NCBI GenBank assembly: GCA_947589425.1
Contig: CANQAV010000003.1
Coordinates: forward strand, 38,186 to 102,185
Reading direction: 5' to 3'
Source: Candidatus Gastranaerophilales bacterium
Lineage (GTDB): Bacteria; Cyanobacteriota; Vampirovibrionia; Gastranaerophilales; Gastranaerophilaceae
DNA length: 64,000 bases
Below, in pieces: positions 18,684-28,687 of this stretch; the first letter of the stretch is position 1, and every line of letters begins with the position of its first letter. The notes under the pieces were generated by a model. It had not been told where the DNA came from, made no database searches, and saw only the letters and a program-made list of their open reading frames with translations. Both the position numbers and the translations under genes were made by a program.

Positions 18684-20024
18684 ATGACAGATACTCAAGC
18701 ACAAAAAGAACGAATTACGCAGCTATGCGAAGAAAACAACGTAGCACTCATCAGATTACAATTTTGCGACATTAACGGCACAATCAAAAATCTATCTTTG
18801 CCGATTAGCCAGCTTCAAAAAGTTTTAAACAACGAAATTATGCTGGACGGCTCATCAATCAAAGGTTTTAGAAGCATTGAAACTTCGGATATGTATTTCT
18901 TCCCCGACCTCAATACTTTTACAATCCTTCCCTGGTGTGAAAGAAACGGAGAAAATGTAGCAAGAATTATCTGCGATATCCATAACGCAGACGGAACTCC
19001 CTTTGAAGGATGCCCCAGATGCAACTTAAAAAGAATGCTTCAAAGAGCTGAAAAACTCGGCTATAAAATGAATGTAGGTCCCGAAGCGGAATTTTTCATT
19101 TTTGAACGTGACAATGAAGGTCATCCCACAACAAATCCCCATGACAAAGGCGGATATTATGATGCAGCACCTACCGATATGGCAGAAGATATAAGACGTG
19201 ATATTGTTGAAACCCTTCAGGAAATGAATTTTGAAATTGAAGCTTCACACCACGAAGTTGCAGACGGTCAGCATGAAATTGACTTTAAATATGCCGATGC
19301 TCTGACTACGGCAGATAATATTATCACATTTAAATATGTCGTAAAAAGTATTGCAAATGAATACGGTGTCCATGCAACATTTATGCCCAAACCAATCTTT
19401 GGCATAAACGGCTCGGGAATGCACTGTAATCTTTCATTATTTAAAGACGGAAAAAATATATTCTATGCTCAAGACAGAGATTTTCAGCTTTCAAAAGAAG
19501 CTCTTTATTCTATCGGCGGTGTTTTAAAACACGTTAAATCTTTCACGGCAATAACAAATCCTATTGTAAACAGCTACAAAAGGCTTGTTCCCGGCTACGA
19601 AGCTCCTGTTTACCTTGCATGGAGTTTGGCAAACCGCTCGGCATTAATCAGAGTGCCTGCAAAACGTGGTATTGCAACAAGAATTGAGCTTCGCTCTCCC
19701 GACCCTTCCTGCAACCCCTACTTAGCACTTGCAGCAATATTGGGAGCAATTTTAGACGGTATTGAAAATAAAATTGAGCCCCCTCTTCAAGTTGAAGAAA
19801 ATATATATGAAATGACTCCCAAAGAATTAAAGAGAGCTCATATAGATTCACTTCCCGGAAGTCTGATTTCGGCGGTTGAACTTTTGGAAAAAGATGAAGT
19901 TGTTAAAAATGCTCTCGGCGAACATATTTTGAATGAATTTGTAACCGCAAAGCATATTGAGTGGGATAAATACAGAACTTATGTTACTCAATGGGAACTT
20001 GATTCTTATTTGGAAAATTACTAA
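18684..20024 (+). CDS. glnA: Glutamine synthetase type I
   Basis: 446 aa. RBS AAGGAGGA upstream. Motifs [24 protein letters not shown] and [14 protein letters not shown]. Confidence 0.95.
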   Translation: MTDTQAQKERITQLCEENNVALIRLQFCDINGTIKNLSLPISQLQKVLNNEIMLDGSSIKGFRSIETSDMYFFPDLNTFTILPWCERNGENVARIICDIHNADGTPFEGCPRCNLKRMLQRAEKLGYKMNVGPEAEFFIFERDNEGHPTTNPHDKGGYYDAAPTDMAEDIRRDIVETLQEMNFEIEASHHEVADGQHEIDFKYADALTTADNIITFKYVVKSIANEYGVHATFMPKPIFGINGSGMHCNLSLFKDGKNIFYAQDRDFQLSKEALYSIGGVLKHVKSFTAITNPIVNSYKRLVPGYEAPVYLAWSLANRSALIRVPAKRGIATRIELRSPDPSCNPYLALAAILGAILDGIENKIEPPLQVEENIYEMTPKELKRAHIDSLPGSLISAVELLEKDEVVKNALGEHILNEFVTAKHIEWDKYRTYVTQWELDSYLENY

Positions 20025-20032
20025 AAGCTTGA

Positions 20033-20063
20033 AAGCTCCTTATTTAATAAGGAGCTTTTTTTT
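20033..20063. terminator. Bidirectional intrinsic terminator (glnA / glgC convergent)
   Basis: AAGCTCCTTA-TTTAA-TAAGGAGCTT followed by a T-run. Confidence 0.8.
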
Positions 20064-21300
20064 AATCTATTATTGCGCCTTTAGGTACAACCGTTATACC
20101 GCCCGAAGAAACGTAAAAACCCCGTCTTAAATCTTCTTCTCTGTTAAAGCCGATTTCGGTATATGGCGGAATATCAACATTTTTATCAATAATTGCTTTG
20201 TTAATCTGGGAATGACGCCCGATATTAACATTTTCCATAAGAATTGAATCACATACGCTTGAATAACTGTTAATTCTTACCATGGGCGATAGAACACATC
20301 TTGATATTACACCGCCCGAGATAATGCATCCTTCGGATACGAGGGAATTTTTTGCAACTCCGACACGTTCATCCTCATCCCAGATAAATTTTGCGGGAGG
20401 AAAATTGTAGTTAAATGTTCTTAAAGGCCAATCCTGAGAATATAAATTCAACTCCGGAGAATACGCCAATAAGTCCATATTTGCCTGCCAGTAGCTATCC
20501 ACATTACCTACATCTCTCCAGTATCCTCTTTCTTTTTCAAGCATACCGTGATATGAATTTTCACTGAAATTATATATATAAACTCTTGAATTATTTTTCA
20601 GCATATTCGGGATAATATTTTTCCCGAAGTCGTGAGAAGAATTTTTGTCTTGAGCATCTTTTTCCAATTCTTCAACCAGTTTTTCAGATTTAAATATGTA
20701 ATTACCCATTGAAGCAAGACATTTTGTCTTGTCGTTGGGAATATGGCGGGGAGTTGAAGAAGGTTTTTCAATAAAATTAGTTAATCTCCAATCATCATCA
20801 ACTTCAATTATTCCGTATTCGCCTGCAAGCTCAATCGGTATTGCAATGGCGGAAATGGTAAGGTCTGCTTGTTTTTTGTTGTGATATTTGAGCATCTGGC
20901 GGACATCCATTTTATAAATATGGTCGCCTCCGAATACGCAAACATGTTTAAATGATTCATCGGTTATTTGATTAATGTTTTGATAAATCGCATCAGCCGT
21001 TCCCTGATACCAAGAGCCGTCCGTCCTCATCTGAGCGGGTACTAAATCCACATATTGATCAATTGATGAAGATAAATTCCAGCCTCTTGAAATATGCTTA
21101 TTCAAAGAATCTGATTTATATTGAGTTAAGACTTTAATTTTGTGAAAACCTGAATTTATAAAATTGTTTAAAACAAAGTCAATAATTCTGTATCTTCCGC
21201 CGAAAGGAACTGCGGGCTTTGCTCTGTCTTTTGTTAAAGGAAGAAGTCTTTTACCCTGACCGCCGGCTAAAATCATTGTTAAAACTTTGTCATGATACAT
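20062..21300 (-). CDS. glgC: Glucose-1-phosphate adenylyltransferase
   Basis: 412 aa. Motif ILAGGQGKRLLPLTKDRAKPAVPFGGRYRIIDF plus C-terminal left-handed beta-helix repeats. Confidence 0.93.
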   Translation of the reverse strand: MYHDKVLTMILAGGQGKRLLPLTKDRAKPAVPFGGRYRIIDFVLNNFINSGFHKIKVLTQYKSDSLNKHISRGWNLSSSIDQYVDLVPAQMRTDGSWYQGTADAIYQNINQITDESFKHVCVFGGDHIYKMDVRQMLKYHNKKQADLTISAIAIPIELAGEYGIIEVDDDWRLTNFIEKPSSTPRHIPNDKTKCLASMGNYIFKSEKLVEELEKDAQDKNSSHDFGKNIIPNMLKNNSRVYIYNFSENSYHGMLEKERGYWRDVGNVDSYWQANMDLLAYSPELNLYSQDWPLRTFNYNFPPAKFIWDEDERVGVAKNSLVSEGCIISGGVISRCVLSPMVRINSYSSVCDSILMENVNIGRHSQINKAIIDKNVDIPPYTEIGFNREEDLRRGFYVSSGGITVVPKGAIID

Positions 21301-21450
21301 AATTTCACCTGTTTTCTATATTCTTATTTTACTTATGAAAATAACTAAAAACAATAATTCAAATATATGTTTTATGGATGATTACAATTAAAGCCAAAAC
21401 ATCATTTTTGTAGTACAATCAAAAAAAGACTCTTATTATAAGGAACATTT

Positions 21451-22179
21451 ATGACTTCAACCATAGCCCTGATAGGTAAATCCGGAAGCGGAAAAACAAC
21501 TTTAAGCAAAGCATTTTTAACTCTTATAAAAAGAAAATTTCCAACAGCCGCAATTCTTCTTGTTGATTGCGACCTTACACTTGAATTATCGGATAGTTTC
21601 GGAATTAAAACAAGAAACACAATTTACGGAATAAAATCAGGCAAGCACGAATATAAAACAGGTATCCCCGAAGGAATGACAAAACAGGAATATATTGACT
21701 GGGCGCTTGAGGATATTATTACAGAAGTTGATGAAAATGTTGATTTAATTACATCATGGCTTGTAACTCCCAAAGATTGCAAATGTCCCGCAACAAAATT
21801 AATGCGGGATGCCTTAATAAAACTTATTGAAAGATATGATTTTGTTATTTTTGACTGCGAATTTGACCTTAAATATTTAAATTCGCTTGTTGATTATCCG
21901 ATTAATGAAGCCATAATTGTAAGCGGATGCAAAAAAGAAGATATAACTCTTGCTTCAAAAATTGCTGATTTTTCAAAAAAATATGCAGCGGAAGGACAGC
22001 TCGGAATTATATTAAACAGAACAAAAAATGAAAACTTAAATTCAACCCTCGACCTTCTTGATTGCCTTGAATTAAATTTATTGGGAACAATTGAAGAATT
22101 TGATGAAATTAATTTTGAAAATATTGCAAATAAACTTGATTTATTGTACACAAGGATGAACCTGCCTCAGGTCGACTAA
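21451..22179 (+). CDS. ParA/MinD/CooC-like P-loop ATPase
   Basis: Deviant Walker A GKSGSGKTT near the N-terminus; LLVDCD and FDCEFD segments. First gene of a tightly packed operon with folD, alr and gcv genes. Confidence 0.6.
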   Translation: MTSTIALIGKSGSGKTTLSKAFLTLIKRKFPTAAILLVDCDLTLELSDSFGIKTRNTIYGIKSGKHEYKTGIPEGMTKQEYIDWALEDIITEVDENVDLITSWLVTPKDCKCPATKLMRDALIKLIERYDFVIFDCEFDLKYLNSLVDYPINEAIIVSGCKKEDITLASKIADFSKKYAAEGQLGIILNRTKNENLNSTLDLLDCLELNLLGTIEEFDEINFENIANKLDLLYTRMNLPQVD

Positions 22180-22193
22180 AGGGAAGGATATCA

Positions 22194-23036
22194 ATGGCAA
22201 TGATTTTAGACGGAAAAAAAACCGCTCAAAAAATTTTGGATAATCTTAAACAAAACATTTCAAAATATGATAAAAAGCCTTCTCTTGCGGTAATTCTTGC
22301 AAACGACAGCGAAGCAAGCAAAATTTACGTTGCAAACAAAGAAAAAACCGCAAAAGAAACAGGTTTTAATTTTAAAATGTATCAATTTGACAAGAGCGTA
22401 ACAAAAGAACAGCTGAAAAATCTCATTCTTGAGTTAAACCTTGATAACAGTGTCCATGGGATTATTGTTCAGCTTCCGCTTTTTAATCATCTTGACGGCA
22501 AAGAAATTATCGGACTGATTGACCCGAAAAAAGATGTTGACGGCTTTCATCCGTATAACATGGGAAAACTTGCGCAGGGAAACCCTTCATTGATATGCGC
22601 TACTCCTAAAGGAATTATGACTTTATTTAAAGAATATAATATTTTACTTCAAGGAAAAAATGTTCTTGTTATAGGGCGCTCAAATATTGTGGGGAAGCCC
22701 GTAAGCCTGCTTTTAATCAATGAAGGGGCAACCGTATTTTGTGCAAATTCAAAAACAAAAAATCTAAAACAAATCGCTCTCAACTCGGATATTATAATAA
22801 GCGCAACGGGACATAAAAACCTTGTTACAAAAGATATGGTAAAAGAAGGCGCAATTATTATCGATGTCGGAATATCAAGAGAAGGTAACCGCATCAGAGG
22901 GGATGTTGATTTTGAAAACGTAAAAGATATCGCAGGCTGGATTACTCCCGTTCCGAAAGGAGTAGGTCCGATGACTATTGCATCATTAATGGAAAACACT
23001 TTTGAAGCGTTTTTGACTTTGGAAGGATTAAAATAA
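22194..23036 (+). CDS. folD: Bifunctional methylenetetrahydrofolate dehydrogenase/cyclohydrolase
   Basis: 280 aa. Motifs VHGIIVQLPL, VDGFHPYNMGKL, VIGRSNIVGKP and PVPKGVGPMT. Confidence 0.95.
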   Translation: MAMILDGKKTAQKILDNLKQNISKYDKKPSLAVILANDSEASKIYVANKEKTAKETGFNFKMYQFDKSVTKEQLKNLILELNLDNSVHGIIVQLPLFNHLDGKEIIGLIDPKKDVDGFHPYNMGKLAQGNPSLICATPKGIMTLFKEYNILLQGKNVLVIGRSNIVGKPVSLLLINEGATVFCANSKTKNLKQIALNSDIIISATGHKNLVTKDMVKEGAIIIDVGISREGNRIRGDVDFENVKDIAGWITPVPKGVGPMTIASLMENTFEAFLTLEGLK

Positions 23037-23037
23037 A

Positions 23038-24189
23038 ATGCAAAATTTTAGAGGAACATACATCAATAAAAACAGGGATGCCTGGGTTGAAATTAACCTC
23101 GGAAACTTAGAACACAATGTTTTGGAAATAAAAAAATTTCTTAAAGAACACACCAAAAAAGAGCCCGATCTTTTTGCGGTAATTAAAGCAGACGGATACG
23201 GACACGGCTCTTTAATGTGTGCGCCTGTTTTAAGTGCATGTAAAGTTAGGGAATACGGTGTTGCAAGTATTGATGAAGGAATAGAACTGAGAGAAAACAA
23301 AATAACCGATGAAATTCTTGTATTGGGAGCATCTCCCCTATGGGCTTTTGAAAATGCAATTAAATATGATATAACACTCTCAATTTTCAATAATGAACAT
23401 CTTGAAGTTGCTCAACAGCTTTATGAAAGGCTTAATAAAAAAGTAAAAGTGCACATTAAAATTGACACCGGAATGAACAGAATAGGAATAAGTTCTTATA
23501 TGGCGGATGATTTTATAAAAAAGGTATTGAATGCCCCCTATCTCGATTTCAGGGGAATTTTCACCCACTTTGCGGATGTTGAAAACGAAAAAATATTTAA
23601 CCGCCAAATAAATGAATTTCAAAGCGTGATTGAACCATATAAACAAGAATTTAAGAAAAGAGGAATTAAAATACACTGTCTTAATTCGCCCGCTATATTT
23701 ATGTATCCCGAGTATTCATACGATATGGTAAGAATGGGAGTTACAATGTGGGGAATGAATCCTTTTTCAAAGCATGATTTTAAATCGTATAATATGCTTC
23801 CCGTTATGGGTTTAAAAGCAAGAATTACAAATATACACACTCTGAGAAAAGGGGACGGCATAAGCTACGGACATACATATATCGCCCAAAAAGATACAAA
23901 AATTGCAACCATTCCGATAGGATATGCGGACGGATTGGACAGAAAACTCTCGGGTAAAATCAGCGCATATTTAAACGGAAAGCAAATTAAACAAGTCGGA
24001 AGAATTACCATGGATCAAACAATGTTTGATGTTGAAGGAGTGGATTGCGCAGTCGGAGATGTCATCATTTTGCTGGGTGAAGAAAATAAAGTTGATACAA
24101 TTGACAGCTGGGCGCAAAAGCTTGATACAATAAATTATGAATTAACATGCAGGCTTAAAATGCGTCTTGCAAGAATTTATGTGAGGTAA
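23038..24189 (+). CDS. alr: Alanine racemase
   Basis: 383 aa. PLP-lysine motif AVIKADGYGHG; C-terminal NYELTCRL motif. Confidence 0.93.
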   Translation: MQNFRGTYINKNRDAWVEINLGNLEHNVLEIKKFLKEHTKKEPDLFAVIKADGYGHGSLMCAPVLSACKVREYGVASIDEGIELRENKITDEILVLGASPLWAFENAIKYDITLSIFNNEHLEVAQQLYERLNKKVKVHIKIDTGMNRIGISSYMADDFIKKVLNAPYLDFRGIFTHFADVENEKIFNRQINEFQSVIEPYKQEFKKRGIKIHCLNSPAIFMYPEYSYDMVRMGVTMWGMNPFSKHDFKSYNMLPVMGLKARITNIHTLRKGDGISYGHTYIAQKDTKIATIPIGYADGLDRKLSGKISAYLNGKQIKQVGRITMDQTMFDVEGVDCAVGDVIILLGEENKVDTIDSWAQKLDTINYELTCRLKMRLARIYVR

Positions 24190-24191
24190 AA

Positions 24192-25370
24192 ATGGTTGTG
24201 AAAGAAGAAATCGAAGCTAAAAAAACAATTTTGTATGACGAACATATTAAATTAGGCGCAAAAATGGTGCCTTTCGGAGGCTGGCTGATGCCTGTTCAAT
24301 ATGAAGGAATTATTAAAGAACATAATGCTTCAAGAAATTCGGCAGGGCTCTTTGACGTATCTCATATGGGAGAAATTTTTATTAAAGGTATTGATGCAAC
24401 AGATTTTTTAAATTCCATCACTCCTGCCGATATATCCGCTCTTAAACCGGCAAGTGCCGTATATACCCAATTACCGAACGAAACGGGCGGAGTTGTTGAT
24501 GATTTAATAATTTATAATTCGAGAGGGATAATCGAAAACATTGATTATTTAATTGTAATAAACGCTTCTCGAATTAAAGAAGATGTTGAATTTATGCAAA
24601 ATAAGGCAAAAAAATTTGATGTTGAGGTGATAAATAAAAGTGATGATTTTGCAATGGTTGCCCTTCAAGGTCCAAAGGCAAAATATGTAATTGAAAAAAT
24701 CGGTGTAAATTTAGATTTACAGCCTTCTTTTTTCACATTTAAAAATGCAAAATTAAATGATATTCCATGTCTTTTAACAAGAACGGGTTACACCGGCGAA
24801 GACGGTTTTGAGATTATTTTGGACAACAAAAATGCAAAAAAATTATGGACGGATATTTTATCTTACAAAGATGAATTTAATATTCATCCCGCAGGTCTTG
24901 GGGCAAGAGATACACTGAGGCTTGAAGCGGGCTTACCCCTGTACGGTCATGAATTAAACGAAAACACAACTCCGATTGAAAGCTCTCTGGGGAATTTTGT
25001 ACCCGAAAATAAAACTGCGCAATATAGCGCCAAAGATTTTATTTTAGGACAAAAAACAGGCAAAATCCCTCTAAGGCGCAAGCTTTTACCCTTTATTATG
25101 CAAGACAGACAAATCGCAAGAGAAGGTTATGAAGTTTATATTGAAGGAAAACTTTGCGGAAAAGTAACTTCGGGAGCTCCGTCAATAACTCTCGGAAAAA
25201 ACATAGGCTTTTGTATGATTGAATTTTCATCGCTTGAAGATAATTTAGTATCAATTCTTAACAATAGTAAAGAAAATATTGGCATGGACATTCAAATCAT
25301 GGTAAGAAATAAATTATATAATGCAAAAATTACAAAAAAACCTTTTGTGAAAAAGAATTACGAAAAATAA
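24192..25370 (+). CDS. gcvT: Glycine cleavage system aminomethyltransferase (T protein)
   Basis: 392 aa. Motifs GGWLMPVQYEG, LFDVSHMGE, TRTGYTGEDGFEI and ARDTLRLEAG. Confidence 0.95.
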   Translation: MVVKEEIEAKKTILYDEHIKLGAKMVPFGGWLMPVQYEGIIKEHNASRNSAGLFDVSHMGEIFIKGIDATDFLNSITPADISALKPASAVYTQLPNETGGVVDDLIIYNSRGIIENIDYLIVINASRIKEDVEFMQNKAKKFDVEVINKSDDFAMVALQGPKAKYVIEKIGVNLDLQPSFFTFKNAKLNDIPCLLTRTGYTGEDGFEIILDNKNAKKLWTDILSYKDEFNIHPAGLGARDTLRLEAGLPLYGHELNENTTPIESSLGNFVPENKTAQYSAKDFILGQKTGKIPLRRKLLPFIMQDRQIAREGYEVYIEGKLCGKVTSGAPSITLGKNIGFCMIEFSSLEDNLVSILNNSKENIGMDIQIMVRNKLYNAKITKKPFVKKNYEK

Positions 25371-25382
25371 TAGGAGAATATA

Positions 25383-25760
25383 ATGAATATACCTGAGGGA
25401 ATTTTAGTTTCTAAGACCCACGAATGGGTGCTTGAAGACGACAACGGCTCGACAATCGGACTTACCCCGTGGGCGCTTGAACAATTGGGCGATGTTGTTT
25501 TTGTTGAACTTCCCGAAATCGGAACAACGTTTTCAAAAGGAGAAACCTTTGGGACAATAGAATCCGTTAAAGCGGCAAGCGAAATGTACATGCCCGTCGG
25601 CGGAGAAATTGTTGAAATAAACGAAAGTCTTATAAATTCACCCGAATTGCTTAACGAGGATGCATTTTCAAATTGGCTTATTAAAGTAAAAGCCGATAAT
25701 TTTCAGGAAGATTCATCCGAACTTCTTGAATACAACGATTATCAAGATGAAGTTCAATAA
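25383..25760 (+). CDS. gcvH: Glycine cleavage system H protein
   Basis: 125 aa. Lipoyl-lysine motif GTIESVKAASEMYMPV. Confidence 0.95.
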   Translation: MNIPEGILVSKTHEWVLEDDNGSTIGLTPWALEQLGDVVFVELPEIGTTFSKGETFGTIESVKAASEMYMPVGGEIVEINESLINSPELLNEDAFSNWLIKVKADNFQEDSSELLEYNDYQDEVQ

Positions 25761-25771
25761 AGGCAAAATAA

Positions 25772-27031
25772 ATGTATAATTTTGAAGCTCTAAACGATAA
25801 AGACAGAATGTCCATGCTCCAATCAATCGGTGTTAAATCCGTTGATGAATTATTTGATTCCATTCCAAAATCCGCTCTTATGACATCTTTTGATTTGGAT
25901 GAGGGTAAAGATGAGATGAGCGCCCAAAAAGATTTAGAGAAAATTTCAAAACAAAATAAAACAAATTATCTCTATTTTTTGGCAGGAGGGGCAAAAAAAA
26001 GATATATTCCCCCCGTTATATATGATGTTGCTTCCAGGTTTGAATTTTTATCCTCATATACACCTTATCAGGCAGAAATTTCTCAAGGAACTCTTGAAGC
26101 GATGTATGAATTTCAGTCCGTGATGACAACCCTTACAAATCAGGATGTGTCAAATGCTTCTGTTTATGACGGCGCTTGCGCAAGTGCGGAAGCGATATTA
26201 ATGACTTCAAGAATTACAAAAAACAACATTGTCTTAATTGATGAAGATATCAATTCTAATTATCTGGAAGTAATCAAAACTTATCTTTGGGCGCAGGGGG
26301 TTGAAATTACTTATGATAAAAATACAAACGAACAAAATCTCTGTGCAAAAATATATCAAACTCCGAACAAATACGGCGAATTTGTTCCCATGCCTTCAAA
26401 AAACAATAAGGAATTAATTATTGCAATTGTTGACCTTGTAAGTCTGGGATTGTTTGAGCCTCCAAAATCCGATATAACCGTCGGAGATATTCAATCTCTC
26501 GGTTTAAATTTGAATTTTGGCGGAGCATACGGCGGTTTTATAGCCTGCAAAGATATGTATAAAAGACAATTATCCGGAAGAATAGCGGGGAAAACCGTTG
26601 ACAACAGGGGAAATACCGCATATTGCTTAACTCTTCAGGCAAGAGAACAACACATAAGAAGAGAAAAGGCAACTTCAAATATCTGCTCAAATCAAGCGCT
26701 TTGTGCGTTTATTGCAAATTTATATCTCAGAAAAACAGGCAAAACAAACTTCCGAAAAATAGCAAAAATGTCTTATGATAACGCTCACAACCTTGCACAA
26801 AAGCTTGGTGAACTCGGTTTTGAATTAAAGAATAAAGATTTCTTTGATGATTTTACAATTAATGTCGGCAACAGCGAAAAATTCCTTTTGTTTATGAAAG
26901 AGAAAGGAATTTTAGCGGGCACAAAACTTGATAATTCAAATATTTTAGTAGGTGTCAGCGAATTAAACGACGAAGAAGAAATTGAAAAATATGTTCAATG
27001 CGCAAAAAGTTTGTCTTTAATCAGAATATAG
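25772..27031 (+). CDS. gcvPA: Glycine dehydrogenase (decarboxylating) subunit 1
   Basis: 419 aa. Motifs SYTPYQAEISQGTLEAMYEFQ and REQHIRREKATSNICSNQAL. No subunit-2 gene follows. Confidence 0.9.
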   Translation: MYNFEALNDKDRMSMLQSIGVKSVDELFDSIPKSALMTSFDLDEGKDEMSAQKDLEKISKQNKTNYLYFLAGGAKKRYIPPVIYDVASRFEFLSSYTPYQAEISQGTLEAMYEFQSVMTTLTNQDVSNASVYDGACASAEAILMTSRITKNNIVLIDEDINSNYLEVIKTYLWAQGVEITYDKNTNEQNLCAKIYQTPNKYGEFVPMPSKNNKELIIAIVDLVSLGLFEPPKSDITVGDIQSLGLNLNFGGAYGGFIACKDMYKRQLSGRIAGKTVDNRGNTAYCLTLQAREQHIRREKATSNICSNQALCAFIANLYLRKTGKTNFRKIAKMSYDNAHNLAQKLGELGFELKNKDFFDDFTINVGNSEKFLLFMKEKGILAGTKLDNSNILVGVSELNDEEEIEKYVQCAKSLSLIRI

Positions 27032-27104
27032 TATTAGACAAACTAACCAATGAATTTAAAAGACCTTCATATTAACATTTAAAAGTTAATTAAAGGAGGT
27101 TGTT

Positions 27105-27371
27105 ATGTGCGCTACATATGATGCTATTTATGAATTGTCAAACCATGTTGAATCCGATATTTTAATCTGCTCCTTAAATCATCTTAAGGTTGAAGGAAGA
27201 TTATACAACTGTGAAAAAGAATTCGGAGAAAAAGAATGTTATGACGGCATTATCACGCTTAAAGACGCAATTGTAAAATGCCCCGAAAGCGATTATACCA
27301 AAGAATATAAATGGCTTAATATTTCATCAAAACACATTCTCGCATTTGCTTTTAAATGCTGTGAAAAATAA
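27105..27371 (+). CDS. Small Cys-rich hypothetical protein (88 aa, 7 Cys)
   Basis: Strong RBS AAAGGAGG 6 nt upstream of the ATG and its own terminator downstream. I recognised no family. Confidence 0.6.
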   Translation: MCATYDAIYELSNHVESDILICSLNHLKVEGRLYNCEKEFGEKECYDGIITLKDAIVKCPESDYTKEYKWLNISSKHILAFAFKCCEK

Positions 27372-27373
27372 TT

Positions 27374-27400
27374 AAAAGCCCCCTAGAAGGGCTTTTTTAA
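27374..27400 (+). terminator. Intrinsic terminator
   Basis: AAAAGCCC-CCTAGAA-GGGCTTTT followed by further T residues. Confidence 0.7.
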
Positions 27401-27434
27401 TGACTAATTTTATAATTTTTGCTAAAATCTATTT

Positions 27435-28205
27435 ATGGAAGAATTTGATGCAAAAATTACCGCAATAATAAAAACCAAAAATTCCGGAGATTTTCTCTGT
27501 AATACCCTTGAAAGTCTTAGTGATTCGGATGAAATCTTTATTCTTGACGAACATTCAAACGACGACACAATAGATATTGCAAAGGAATATAAGGCAAAAG
27601 TTATCTTTATTGACAAACTCAACCCGCTTTCGTCTTTTAATCAGGCTCTTGAAGAAGCACGGGGCGAGTGGTTTTTAATTGTTCATGATGATGAAATTAT
27701 TCCCGAGAGATTATTTTTTGAATTGAAAAAATATTCTCAAAATCCAAAAAAAGGAAAATACGCAGTATCAGTAAGCCAAAAATATTTTTATCTCAACAAA
27801 GAAATTAAATGTGCAAGAAAAAAAGATATTCTGCGGTTTTTCAAAAAAGGATATGCGGAATTTAAAAATTTTACACCTTTTGAAATCACAAAAAAGCAAA
27901 CAAAAGTTTATAGGCTGAACAGAAATTTTAAAATTAAAAATGCATCCCTTTTAAAATATTCCAAAGATAATATTATAAAAACACTTGAAGATAATCTTGA
28001 AGAATATAAACTTAAAGCAAAAACAATCAAAAAAATAAATCCCTCTATAATCATCAAACCCAAACTTGCCTTCCTTTATTTTTATTTTATAAAAGGAGCT
28101 GTATTTCAAGGGTTTAGAGGATATATTTATTCAAAGCAAAAAGAGTATAATTGCTTTATTGAAAATGCCGTAATGTATGAAAAAAAGGTGAAAAATAATG
28201 ATTAA
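27435..28205 (+). CDS. Family 2 glycosyltransferase
   Basis: GT-A N-terminus (ITAIIKTKNSGDFLCNTLESL, ILDEHSNDDTIDIAKEY, HDDE). Confidence 0.75.
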   Translation: MEEFDAKITAIIKTKNSGDFLCNTLESLSDSDEIFILDEHSNDDTIDIAKEYKAKVIFIDKLNPLSSFNQALEEARGEWFLIVHDDEIIPERLFFELKKYSQNPKKGKYAVSVSQKYFYLNKEIKCARKKDILRFFKKGYAEFKNFTPFEITKKQTKVYRLNRNFKIKNASLLKYSKDNIIKTLEDNLEEYKLKAKTIKKINPSIIIKPKLAFLYFYFIKGAVFQGFRGYIYSKQKEYNCFIENAVMYEKKVKNND

Positions 28206-28656
28206 TGATAAAAAAGAAAATGCGCACAAATATTATTCTCAATTGAATAAAACATTAAAAGCAGCACTTGAGCGTCTCAGCGAATATGATTTTATCAATA
28301 TGAAAGACGGAAGATATGAAGACAAAGATAACTGCTATATGAATGTTCAAACCCTTGTCACAAAACAAAAAGAACACCAAAAATGGGAAGCGCACAGAAA
28401 ATATATTGATATCCAATATGTAATAAAGGGGAAGGAACGTATGGGCTTTGGGAAAAAAGAAGATTTCACAAAGGTTTTAATCCCCTATGACAAAGAAAAA
28501 GATATTGAATTTCTTGACGGAGATAAATACGATTATATTGATGTCAAGGAAGGAGAATTTGTTATATTTTTCCCCGAAGATATCCATGCACCAATGCTTT
28601 CCGTTGATAAAGACATCGCAATCAAAAAAGTAATTATTAAAGTTCCTGTTTCATAA
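28198..28656 (+). CDS. YhcH/YjgK/YiaL family (DUF386) protein
   Basis: 152 aa. Motifs EAHRKYIDIQYVIKGKERMG and FFPEDIHAP. Overlaps the GT2 gene by 8 nt. Confidence 0.75.
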   Translation: MINDKKENAHKYYSQLNKTLKAALERLSEYDFINMKDGRYEDKDNCYMNVQTLVTKQKEHQKWEAHRKYIDIQYVIKGKERMGFGKKEDFTKVLIPYDKEKDIEFLDGDKYDYIDVKEGEFVIFFPEDIHAPMLSVDKDIAIKKVIIKVPVS

Positions 28657-28662
28657 AAAATT

Positions 28663-28683
28663 AAACCCGTTTAAAACGGGTTT
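28663..28683. terminator. Bidirectional hairpin between convergent genes (YhcH-like / gyrA)
   Basis: AAACCCGT-TTAAA-ACGGGTTT with flanking A/T runs. Confidence 0.65.
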
Positions 28684-28687
28684 AATT

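Noticed and set aside
21301-21450. Glycine riboswitch upstream of the folD/gcv operon
   Set aside because: The 150-nt gap is almost pure A+T, with no conserved GGAGAG/CACCG-type cores or paired aptamers. gcvT itself is only 2 nt from alr.
23028-23861. Antisense ORFs within alr (23028..23390-, 23380..23676-, 23619..23861-) and similar ORFs within gyrA, purB and dnaK
   Set aside because: These are shadow ORFs inside strongly supported housekeeping genes.
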